Assembly: GCA_049522015.1 (NCBI GenBank)
Contig: JBEKOG010000018.1
Coordinates: forward strand, 17,864 to 81,863
DNA: 64,000 bases
Direction: 5' to 3'
Origin: Verrucomicrobiota bacterium
Lineage (GTDB): Bacteria > Verrucomicrobiota > Verrucomicrobiia > Limisphaerales > UBA11358
This document shows positions 1 through 6,572 of this stretch, piece after piece. Numbering within the stretch: position 1 is the stretch's first letter; each line of letters opens with the position of its first letter. Below the pieces are notes generated by a model that was given only the letters and a program-made list of their open reading frames with translations, was not told the origin of the DNA and searched no databases. The position numbers and the translations under genes were made by a program.

Positions 1-1401
1 CCTCACCCCGCCCAAGCGGGGAGAGGGCTGGCTGGTCGCGCCGAAGCCGGGCGAAGGCGGAGGTGCGGGGATTTGATTTTCAAAACAATTGGTCTCCTCT
101 CCCCGGCCCTCTCCTCCTTTGGTGGAGGAGAGGGAGAATAATCGCGCCAGCGCGAACGCGGCGAGCAATGGCGCAAGAAAGGCCGTAAGTGTCACGTATT
201 TGATGGGATACGTCATCAAGCTGAGTTGCGGGATGATTTTTCGCAGGGCGGGATAAACGAAAGTATTTTCGCCGAGCGCAAAAATCAGTGCCACCATCGC
301 CACTGTGCCGAGCAGCCACACGCGCCTTTCCCGGACCGTCCAAACTGCCAGCAACGCCAGCCATAGCGCGCCGATGCCGAGATAATAAGACGACGTCCAT
401 GACTGTTCGTATTGAAAGAACACGCCTTCGGTCCAGGTGCGGCCGAAGGCCATCGGTACGAGAAAATTCGCCCAGCCCCAGCCGGGCATGGACCAGCGCG
501 TATCCGCGTATCCGGCGCTCCGCTGCGAATGGGCGGCGAGATCGAGGAACGGCAGCAGTTGCACCGCCGCCAGCGCAATCACCAGTGCCACGACCAATGG
601 AAAACGCCAGAACATGGAGACGTTGTAACGTGCTGCCGGCATCTTGCCGGCAGAACTGTCTTTGGCACATGTAAGCTCTGCCGGCGGGACGCCGGCAGCA
701 CGTTTGACTAATTGTTGAATCCACATCGCCAGCAGCAAAATCCACGTGAGAAAAATAATTTCCGGGCCGCCCGCGAGCATTTGCATGGCGCCGAGGAACG
801 CGGCAAAAATGATTTTTCGTCCGCCCTCGCGCCACGCGCCTTCGACGGCGAGCACGACCCACGGCATCCAACTGAGCGTGGCGATGTGGCTCGGCCACAT
901 GAGCAGGTTGAGCGTCAGGCCGTTGAACGCGAAGGCCACGCCCGCAAACGCCGCCGCGAAGGAGTTGCCCGCCTGCGTGGCCGTAGCTGCATTGCCAGAC
1001 AGGTGGGCCGAAACCGGCCAGGCGTTGCGTGCGTAAAAAAAAGACGACACTTCGGCGCGGTGAAGGCCCGTCCATCGTCGGGCGAGGAAAAACATGCCGA
1101 AGCCCGCGAACCACAAATGCAGCAGGCAGAAAAACCCCAGCGACCATGGCAGCGGCAACAGAAGGTAAATCAGCGAGGGCGGGTAGAGCGGCATGGTGTT
1201 CCATTGCGCGAGGAACGGCACACCGCAATTGTTGTAGGGGTCCCACAACGGCAGTTCGCCGTGCCGGAAACATTCCTGCTGAAAATGGGCGAGTGGATAC
1301 GCGAAAAATCCGTAGTCGCGGATGACGAAGGTTTCCAGGCCGGGCAGAACCTGTGGGAACGTGGCTAAAATCAGCAACGCAAGGAGGATTCCAAAGCGCA
1401 C
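1..1401 (-). CDS. YfhO-like polytopic membrane protein, partial (C-terminal end lies beyond the window start)
   Basis: Absent from the ORF track because it runs off the edge. My manual minus-strand translation in the frame with codons 1-3 ... 1399-1401 is stop-free. It reads ...RFGILLALLILATFPQVLPGLETFVIRDYGFFAYPLAHFQQECFRHGELPLWDPYNNCGVPFLAQWNTMPLYPPSLIYLLLPLPWSLGFFCLLHLWFAGFGMFFLARRW..., followed by more hydrophobic segments. I associate this N-terminal pattern with YfhO-type membrane proteins. Start uncertain (GTG 1399-1401 is one candidate). Listed ORFs 80..1273(-) and 712..1368(+) are Arg-rich out-of-frame shadows. Confidence 0.55.
   Translation of the reverse strand, partial: MRFGILLALLILATFPQVLPGLETFVIRDYGFFAYPLAHFQQECFRHGELPLWDPYNNCGVPFLAQWNTMPLYPPSLIYLLLPLPWSLGFFCLLHLWFAGFGMFFLARRWTGLHRAEVSSFFYARNAWPVSAHLSGNAATATQAGNSFAAAFAGVAFAFNGLTLNLLMWPSHIATLSWMPWVVLAVEGAWREGGRKIIFAAFLGAMQMLAGGPEIIFLTWILLLAMWIQQLVKRAAGVPPAELTCAKDSSAGKMPAARYNVSMFWRFPLVVALVIALAAVQLLPFLDLAAHSQRSAGYADTRWSMPGWGWANFLVPMAFGRTWTEGVFFQYEQSWTSSYYLGIGALWLALLAVWTVRERRVWLLGTVAMVALIFALGENTFVYPALRKIIPQLSLMTYPIKYVTLTAFLAPLLAAFALARLFSLSSTKGGEGRGEETNCFENQIPAPPPSPGFGATSQPSPRLGGVR
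629..702. repeat. GC-rich double-hairpin palindromic element lying in-frame inside the YfhO-like CDS
   Basis: CGTGCTGCCGGC (629-640) is the exact reverse complement of GCCGGCAGCACG (691-702). There are two local hairpins CTGCCGGC-N5-GCCGGCAG at 633-653 and 678-698. The element encodes ...AELTCAKDSSAGKMPAARYN... in the host frame. Confidence 0.7.
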
Positions 1402-1544
1402 AGGCGTGAAAAGTTTTTCGGCGAAGTTGTTGCTGCCGGTCGGTTGCACGCGCAGATTAAAACTGGCGGTGAGATAAAATGCAATGCGTTCTCGACAACA
1501 GAAATGGGCTGAATTAGGTTCTTTATAAGGCAAAAATAAAGTGC

Positions 1545-1967
1545 TTGAAAAAACTTTTCCCAAAATGGGTTCGATGGCCATTCTATTTCGGGTTGCTTTG
1601 CGTTGTTTTGGCGGCGTCTTTTGTTGGTTGTGGCAATCTTGAACAAAGAAAAACAGAAGCGCGGATTCGACATTATTTTGCCCTCAACCCGCGTGAGCCG
1701 CTGACAGGCTCTGTAATTGAGTCAAACTTGCTCGCACGTTTTCCAATCGGAACACCGGTGAACAAACTTCAAACATGGTTGGCCAGTCAAGGATTGGGTG
1801 TGGATGGGCATTCAAGGACCTGGCAAACAAACCAATATGTTTCTTATCAAGCTGACGATTATTCAGATGCTTGGTTCTCGATGCGCCATACCCAAGTGAC
1901 AGCTACTTTTGATAACCAGCAGAAAATCCAAAACATTCAGGCGCAGGTATACAGTTATTCCTTGTGA
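1545..1967 (+). CDS. hypothetical lipoprotein (140 aa)
   Basis: ORF track. The N-terminus MKKLFPKWVRWPFYFGLLCVVLAASFVGCG looks like a signal peptide with a lipobox-like FVGC. Divergent from the upstream membrane-protein gene. Confidence 0.45.
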   Translation: MKKLFPKWVRWPFYFGLLCVVLAASFVGCGNLEQRKTEARIRHYFALNPREPLTGSVIESNLLARFPIGTPVNKLQTWLASQGLGVDGHSRTWQTNQYVSYQADDYSDAWFSMRHTQVTATFDNQQKIQNIQAQVYSYSL

Positions 1968-2043
1968 CTTTTCCACGTTGCCGATTCCGAGTTGTCGAGT
2001 GCAATTGACGCTGACCCGCCAAGGTCTTACGCTAATCTTGTTT

Positions 2044-2922
2044 ATGAGCGAATTGCAAAATTCCCTGCTGGAATTGATCCGGCGCACCTCGGCGGAAATT
2101 CCCGACGACGTCAACCAGGCCATCCTCGCGTCGCTGGAACAGGAAAAGAAAGGCACGATTGCCGAGAGCGCGCTGAAGATCATTGACCAGAACATCCAAC
2201 TGGCCAAACGCAAGTCGCAGCCGATTTGCCAGGACACCGGCAGCATCCTGTTTTTTGTGGATTGCCCGGTCGGCTTCGACCAGATCACCTTCGAAGAAAC
2301 GGCCAAGGAAGCCGTTAAGCTGGCGACCAAGAAAGGTTTTCTCCGCCAGAACTCCGTGGATTCGCTCACCGGCGTGAACGACGGCACCAACGTCGGGCCG
2401 GGCGCGCCCGTGTTTCATTTTCACCAGCATCGCTCGCTGGAAGTGAGCGTGCGGTTGGTGCTCAAGGGTGGCGGTTGCGAAAACGTCGGCGCGCAATACT
2501 CGTTGCCAAACGAAAAGCTCCAGGCGAACCGCGACCTCGACGGCTGCCGCAAGGCGATTCTCGACGCGGTGTTGCAGGCGCAGGGCAAGGGCTGCGGCCC
2601 GGGCATCCTCGGCGTGTGCATCGGCGGCGACCGGGCGACCAGCTACGAGATGAGCAAGACGCAATTCCTTCGGCTGATCCCCGACCGCAATCCGAATCCG
2701 AAGTTGGACAAGCTGGAGCAGGACATTTTGAAGACGGCGAACGAACTCGGCATCGGCCCGATGGGTTTCGGCGGCAAGACAACGCTCTTGGGCGTGAAGA
2801 TTTGCGCTGCGAACCGTCTGCCCGCGTCGTATTTCGTCAGCATCAGCTACATGTGCTGGGCCTATCGCCGTCAAGGCGTGACACTGGATGCGCAAGGAAA
2901 GATTGGGAAGTGGTTGTATTGA
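2044..2922 (+). CDS. class I fumarate hydratase / Fe-S hydro-lyase, alpha (N-terminal-domain) subunit
   Basis: Inside ORF 1909..2922; ATG at 2044 gives MSELQNSLLELIRR.... Contains the QPICQDTGSILFFVD and GGGCENVG motifs typical of the two-subunit FumA/TtdA-type hydro-lyase alpha chain. Confidence 0.85.
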   Translation: MSELQNSLLELIRRTSAEIPDDVNQAILASLEQEKKGTIAESALKIIDQNIQLAKRKSQPICQDTGSILFFVDCPVGFDQITFEETAKEAVKLATKKGFLRQNSVDSLTGVNDGTNVGPGAPVFHFHQHRSLEVSVRLVLKGGGCENVGAQYSLPNEKLQANRDLDGCRKAILDAVLQAQGKGCGPGILGVCIGGDRATSYEMSKTQFLRLIPDRNPNPKLDKLEQDILKTANELGIGPMGFGGKTTLLGVKICAANRLPASYFVSISYMCWAYRRQGVTLDAQGKIGKWLY

Positions 2923-3000
2923 TGCAGTTGTAACCACAGATGGACATGGAATGAACAGATCAACTGGCGAGCATAACATCAAAATTGGTGTTGCAGGTTT

Positions 3001-3354
3001 ATGGAATTCAGTGTAGAGTTTTACGAGACTGTGGATGGCCGTTCGCCGGTGATGGAGTTTCTCGAAGAACTCAGGCGGAGCGATCCTCCCGATCATGCGG
3101 CAGTCCTTCGCGGGCTGGTAAAATTGCGCAACCGGCAGAATCATCGCGAGCCTCTGTCCAAGGCGCTGGGCGATGGCCTGTTTGAACTGCGCCATGTCGG
3201 CAAGTTGAACACACGCGTCCTGTGGTTCTTTGTGAGAGGCCGGCGCATCATTGCTGTCCACGGCATACGCAACAAAGGGCAGGCCGTCCCCATGCGCGAC
3301 CTCGACACCGCGCGGGAACGGATGCGCGACTGGCAGAACAGATTTGAACCATGA
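3001..3354 (+). CDS. type II toxin, RelE/ParE superfamily (HigB/Gp49-like)
   Basis: 117 aa, MEFSVEFYETVDGRSPVMEFLEEL...LFELRH...RVLWFFVRGRRIIAVHGIRNKGQAVP. This is the typical Gp49/HigB-like toxin pattern. The stop overlaps the next start (ATGA at 3351-3354). Confidence 0.75.
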   Translation: MEFSVEFYETVDGRSPVMEFLEELRRSDPPDHAAVLRGLVKLRNRQNHREPLSKALGDGLFELRHVGKLNTRVLWFFVRGRRIIAVHGIRNKGQAVPMRDLDTARERMRDWQNRFEP

Positions 3355-3710
3355 GAACCTTGAAAAAGACCAACTTTGACCTCTACCTGGAGGAACAACT
3401 CAAAGACCCCGTCTTTGCCGAGCGATTTGAAAGGGCGGGCGAAGCGTGGGACGTGGCTTTGCAGCTTGCGGCGTTGCGTGAAAAGGCCGGACTCTCCCAG
3501 CGTGACCTCGCCCGCAAGCTCAAAACCTCCCAGCAAAACATCAGCCGGCTGGAATCGCCGTCATACGAAGGACATTCCTTGAGCATGTTGCGCCGGGTTG
3601 CGGAAGCCCTCGGAGCAACCGTCCGCGTCGTTTTTGAATCCGATGCGCGCAGCGAAGCAAGTGTTTTGTCGGAATCTCCCGTTCCTTATCGTATCCGGAA
3701 GAAATCATGA
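3351..3710 (+). CDS. XRE-family HTH antitoxin (HigA-like)
   Basis: 119 aa with the HTH core LREKAGLSQRDLARKLKTSQQNISRLES. Position and 4-nt overlap with the upstream toxin gene support the call. Confidence 0.75.
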   Translation: MRTLKKTNFDLYLEEQLKDPVFAERFERAGEAWDVALQLAALREKAGLSQRDLARKLKTSQQNISRLESPSYEGHSLSMLRRVAEALGATVRVVFESDARSEASVLSESPVPYRIRKKS

Positions 3711-4057
3711 ATCTGCACCCGGCGCACAACCGAAACTGTAAAATGGTCATGCGGACGCTTGACAAGATGAGCCGCCGCCGGGCCGGGGCACTGGCCGGGA
3801 TGACGGTTCTGCTGGTGGATGATCAGGCGCGCGGTCTGGCGTGCGAATTGTTGGCTGAAAAAATACTTCCACCCGCTGCGGCATCCGATGCCATTCACGC
3901 GGCCGTGGCGTCGTTGAGCCAGGTGAATATTCTACTCACGTGGAATTGCCAGCATTTGGCCAATCCTCATTTCCTTGGGAAACTCCGCGAATTCGTGTGG
4001 CGTTACAGACTGACGCTGCCGGAGATTTGCACGCCCATCGAACTTATGGGAGGATAA
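3707..4057 (+). CDS. PIN-like (VapC-type) protein, apparently N-terminally truncated or remodelled
   Basis: The C-terminal two thirds (...DAIHAAVASLSQVNILLTWNCQHLANPHF...ICTPIELMG) match the LLTWNC-H-AN PIN-like family as I remember it. The N-terminal acidic-residue segment of that family is not recognisable. ATGA overlap with the preceding gene at 3707-3710. Confidence 0.5.
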   Translation: MNLHPAHNRNCKMVMRTLDKMSRRRAGALAGMTVLLVDDQARGLACELLAEKILPPAAASDAIHAAVASLSQVNILLTWNCQHLANPHFLGKLREFVWRYRLTLPEICTPIELMGG

Positions 4058-4061
4058 ACCT

Positions 4062-4307
4062 ATGAAAACGAATCCGATTCTGGAAGAAATCTGGCGCATC
4101 AAAGACGAATTGTCGCGCGAGTATGCCGCCGACCCGGATGCTTACTTTGCAAAGCTGGACGAGATTGCCAACGCCGAGGAAACGGCTGGGCGGAAAGTAA
4201 TCCGTTCGGCGGCGGAACTGCGCCGACTGATGGCCGCGGAGGAACGCCAGCGCGCCGAGAAGTCCGCGATGGCTCTCAACGAAAAACCGCCGCGCAAGAA
4301 GAGTTGA
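4062..4307 (+). CDS. small hypothetical protein, probable partner of the PIN-like gene
   Basis: 81 aa, MKTNPILEEIWRIKDELSREYAADPDAYFAKLDEI.... This is the pattern of small proteins I recall encoded next to this PIN-like family. Function unverified. Confidence 0.45.
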   Translation: MKTNPILEEIWRIKDELSREYAADPDAYFAKLDEIANAEETAGRKVIRSAAELRRLMAAEERQRAEKSAMALNEKPPRKKS

Positions 4308-4331
4308 TAGAGTAGTGGTGCCCAGGCAGCT

Positions 4332-5045
4332 ATGAACAAAACTCTTTCGATTTTTATCGGCATCGCCTTGTTGATTGTGGCGGCTGCCCTGGCCATTCAC
4401 CTGGCGGTTGTCCGGCCGGTTGTCCGTGTGGCGGAGAAAGCCGTGGATGCCCCGGAACGAATCGTTGAAAAGGTGTTTGATTTTGGCAAACACGGGATTG
4501 ATGCTTTCAAGGCCATTTTCCAGTCGCAGGTCAATGTAGTTTCCACGACGACCGTCTGCGACGCGACCCCCATCGCGGAACTGGCGGTGCTGCAAAGAAA
4601 TATTTGCGAGATAATCGATTATAAAAAAACCGACCTGCACAGCACCAAACGCATCATTGCCGAACAGACGTTCGTGGCCAAAATCGGGTTCGATCTTGCC
4701 GCCAGATTTTCCGCCGCCTACGACCCGTCCAACCAGGTGGTGACCATCATCCTGCCCGAACCCAAAATCCTGTCGCTGGAAACGGTCAACCCGGAGGCGA
4801 ATTACTATCTGGAGGAGGACGGTTACATCAACAGTTTAACCACCGCCGATCACCAGCGGGTTCTGATTCAACTCAAGGAGAAGGCCCGCAACAGCGCCGA
4901 CTCGACCCTGGCGGTGGGCGACGCCAAACAGATGATCGAAACCCGGTTTCGCGACCTGTTCCGGGCCTTCGACGTAAAGGTGTTCGTTTTGTTTTCTTCA
5001 AACCAGCCAAAGATAAGCGGAAAAGTGTCTGATTTAACCAAATGA
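4332..5045 (+). CDS. DUF4230-like membrane-anchored protein
   Basis: 237 aa with an N-terminal TM (LSIFIGIALLIVAAALAI). Body has ...ELAVLQRNICEIIDYKK...AKIGFDL...ILPEPKILSLE..., resembling DUF4230 family proteins (from memory). Confidence 0.55.
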   Translation: MNKTLSIFIGIALLIVAAALAIHLAVVRPVVRVAEKAVDAPERIVEKVFDFGKHGIDAFKAIFQSQVNVVSTTTVCDATPIAELAVLQRNICEIIDYKKTDLHSTKRIIAEQTFVAKIGFDLAARFSAAYDPSNQVVTIILPEPKILSLETVNPEANYYLEEDGYINSLTTADHQRVLIQLKEKARNSADSTLAVGDAKQMIETRFRDLFRAFDVKVFVLFSSNQPKISGKVSDLTK

Positions 5046-5064
5046 TTTTTGAGCCGGACATCCC

Positions 5065-5640
5065 ATGAAAAAATTAACCTTTCCATTTTCCGAACAAAAA
5101 ATCCGGGCGCTGAAAGTCGGCGACGAGGTGCTGATTTCCGGCGTCGTGTTCACCGGGCGCGACGCGGTTCACAAATACCTGCACGAGGGCGGCAAGCTGC
5201 CGCCGGGTGTGAATTTTCGTGACGGTATCCTGTATCACTGCGGTCCGGTGGTGATGAAGCAGGACGATGGCACTTGGAAAGCCACCGCCGCCGGCCCGAC
5301 GACTTCCATCCGCGAGGAGCCGTATCAGGCACATATCATCAAGGAATTTGGTCTGCGCGGCGTCATCGGCAAGGGCGGCATGGGCGACAAAACACTGGCA
5401 GCGTGCAAGGAATTCGGCTGTGTATATCTGCACGCGGTCGGCGGCGCGGCGCAAGTGCTGGCCGACTGCATCAAAAAGGTGCGCAATGTTTACCTGATGG
5501 ACAAATTCGGCGCGCCGGAGGCAATTTGGGAATTTGAAGTGCAGGATTTTCCGGCAGTGGTGACGATGGACTCGCACGGCAATTCGCTGCACAAGGAAGT
5601 CCTGGCGAAGAGCCAGGCGGAACTGGCGAAAAGAATTTAA
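5065..5640 (+). CDS. class I fumarate hydratase / Fe-S hydro-lyase, beta (C-terminal-domain) subunit
   Basis: 191 aa with GVVFTGRDAVHKYL, ILYHCGPVV, AAGPTTSIREEPY and IGKGGMG motifs of the FumA C-terminal/TtdB-type beta chain. Confidence 0.85.
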   Translation: MKKLTFPFSEQKIRALKVGDEVLISGVVFTGRDAVHKYLHEGGKLPPGVNFRDGILYHCGPVVMKQDDGTWKATAAGPTTSIREEPYQAHIIKEFGLRGVIGKGGMGDKTLAACKEFGCVYLHAVGGAAQVLADCIKKVRNVYLMDKFGAPEAIWEFEVQDFPAVVTMDSHGNSLHKEVLAKSQAELAKRI

Positions 5641-5647
5641 AATTAAA

Positions 5648-5719
5648 CCGCTAAAAACGCGAAATACGCGAACGGAATTTTCAAAAGTAATTTTTTCGCG
5701 TATTTTGCGTATTTTGCGG
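5648..5719. terminator. long imperfect inverted repeat between convergent genes (possible bidirectional terminator / REP-like element)
   Basis: CCGCTAAAAACGCGAAATACGCGAA (5648-5672) pairs with TTCGCGTATTTTGCGTATTTTGCGG (5695-5719) at about 22/25 positions. Lies between the stop of the beta-subunit gene (+) and the stop of the ligase-family gene (-). Confidence 0.5.
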
Positions 5720-5726
5720 TCGGAAA

Positions 5727-6470
5727 TTAAAATTTAAAATTCCACTCGCGCGTGGCGTATTTGTCCCGTGCCAGAGCAGTAATCCTTTCCAGAGGCGGAT
5801 TTTTTAATGGTTCTTCCGCTTTCCAGGCCTGTCGCAACGCCGCCTTCACTTTTTCCGCTGGCAAGTTCAAGTTGGTCAGAAATTCGGTGTGTGCGCGGTG
5901 CTCACGGTAATCGGGCTGCTTCGATGGCATCGACAAAAGTTCGCTGATGAGCGACAGGTCGAAGTTCAGCAGGAATGTCCCGTGAAAAAGCAGGAAGCGT
6001 TTGCGGCGGCGCTGGGAGTTGCCGGAGAATTTCAAACTATCAATCGCGAGATCGGTGTGGCCGCTGATGGAAAGGTTGAAGGTTGAAGGTTGAAGGTTGA
6101 AGGTTCTGAACAACGACTCAATCGCCGCGCGGTTGCGTTCCATGATGAACTGGTTGGCGATGCCGATGTTGTGGAGCGGGCCGTCTGCGGTAATTCGCAG
6201 AACCAGCGTGTAGTTGAGGCAGCCGGGTCCTTGCGCCACCGTGCCACCGCCGGAACAGCGTCGCAGAATCGGGATGCCGCGCGTCTCGCACGCCGCGACA
6301 TTCACTTCCGTCGCCACCTTGTTTGCATAGCCGACAACGATAAAAGATTCGCGCGATTCCCAGAAGCGCAGCACCTCGTCGCCGGTACCGGCTTCCGCGG
6401 CGTCCAGCAACGCCTCATCGCACGCCAGGTTTTCGGCGGGCGAGAGGAGCGTCAGATCGAGTAATTTCAT
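5727..6470 (-). CDS. lipoate-protein ligase / octanoyltransferase family protein (BPL/LPL catalytic domain)
   Basis: Inside ORF 5727..6593; ATG at 6470 gives MKLLDLTLLSP.... Motifs RRCSGGGTVAQGPGCLNYTLV and KFSGNSQRRRKRFLLFHGTFLLNFD are typical of LplA/LipM-type enzymes. Confidence 0.75.
   Translation of the reverse strand: MKLLDLTLLSPAENLACDEALLDAAEAGTGDEVLRFWESRESFIVVGYANKVATEVNVAACETRGIPILRRCSGGGTVAQGPGCLNYTLVLRITADGPLHNIGIANQFIMERNRAAIESLFRTFNLQPSTFNLSISGHTDLAIDSLKFSGNSQRRRKRFLLFHGTFLLNFDLSLISELLSMPSKQPDYREHRAHTEFLTNLNLPAEKVKAALRQAWKAEEPLKNPPLERITALARDKYATREWNFKF
6072..6105. repeat. heptanucleotide tandem repeat (AAGGTTG x4 plus a partial unit) inside the ligase-family CDS
   Basis: Read directly: aaggttg aaggttg aaggttg aaggttg aaggtt at 6072-6105. 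Encodes FRTFNLQPSTFNLS on the coding strand. Confidence 0.85.
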
Positions 6471-6572
6471 TTTGCAGTTGCGCTGATTTCGCTGGCGTTG
6501 AGTGTAGGGTTCCGTTTTAATCCTACCGAGCTTTTTTGTGAGATTGGAAAAATAGCGGATGACACAGTAAAC

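Noticed and set aside
80-1273. 397-aa ORF on the minus strand (and 712..1368 on plus)
   Set aside because: The translation is extremely Arg/Gly/Ala-rich and looks like junk. A different minus-strand frame gives a convincing stop-free membrane protein across the same DNA, so this is an out-of-frame shadow.
2032-3261. 409-aa ORF antisense to the fumarate hydratase alpha gene
   Set aside because: It has Arg/Ala-rich shadow composition. The sense strand carries clear CQDTG-type hydro-lyase motifs.
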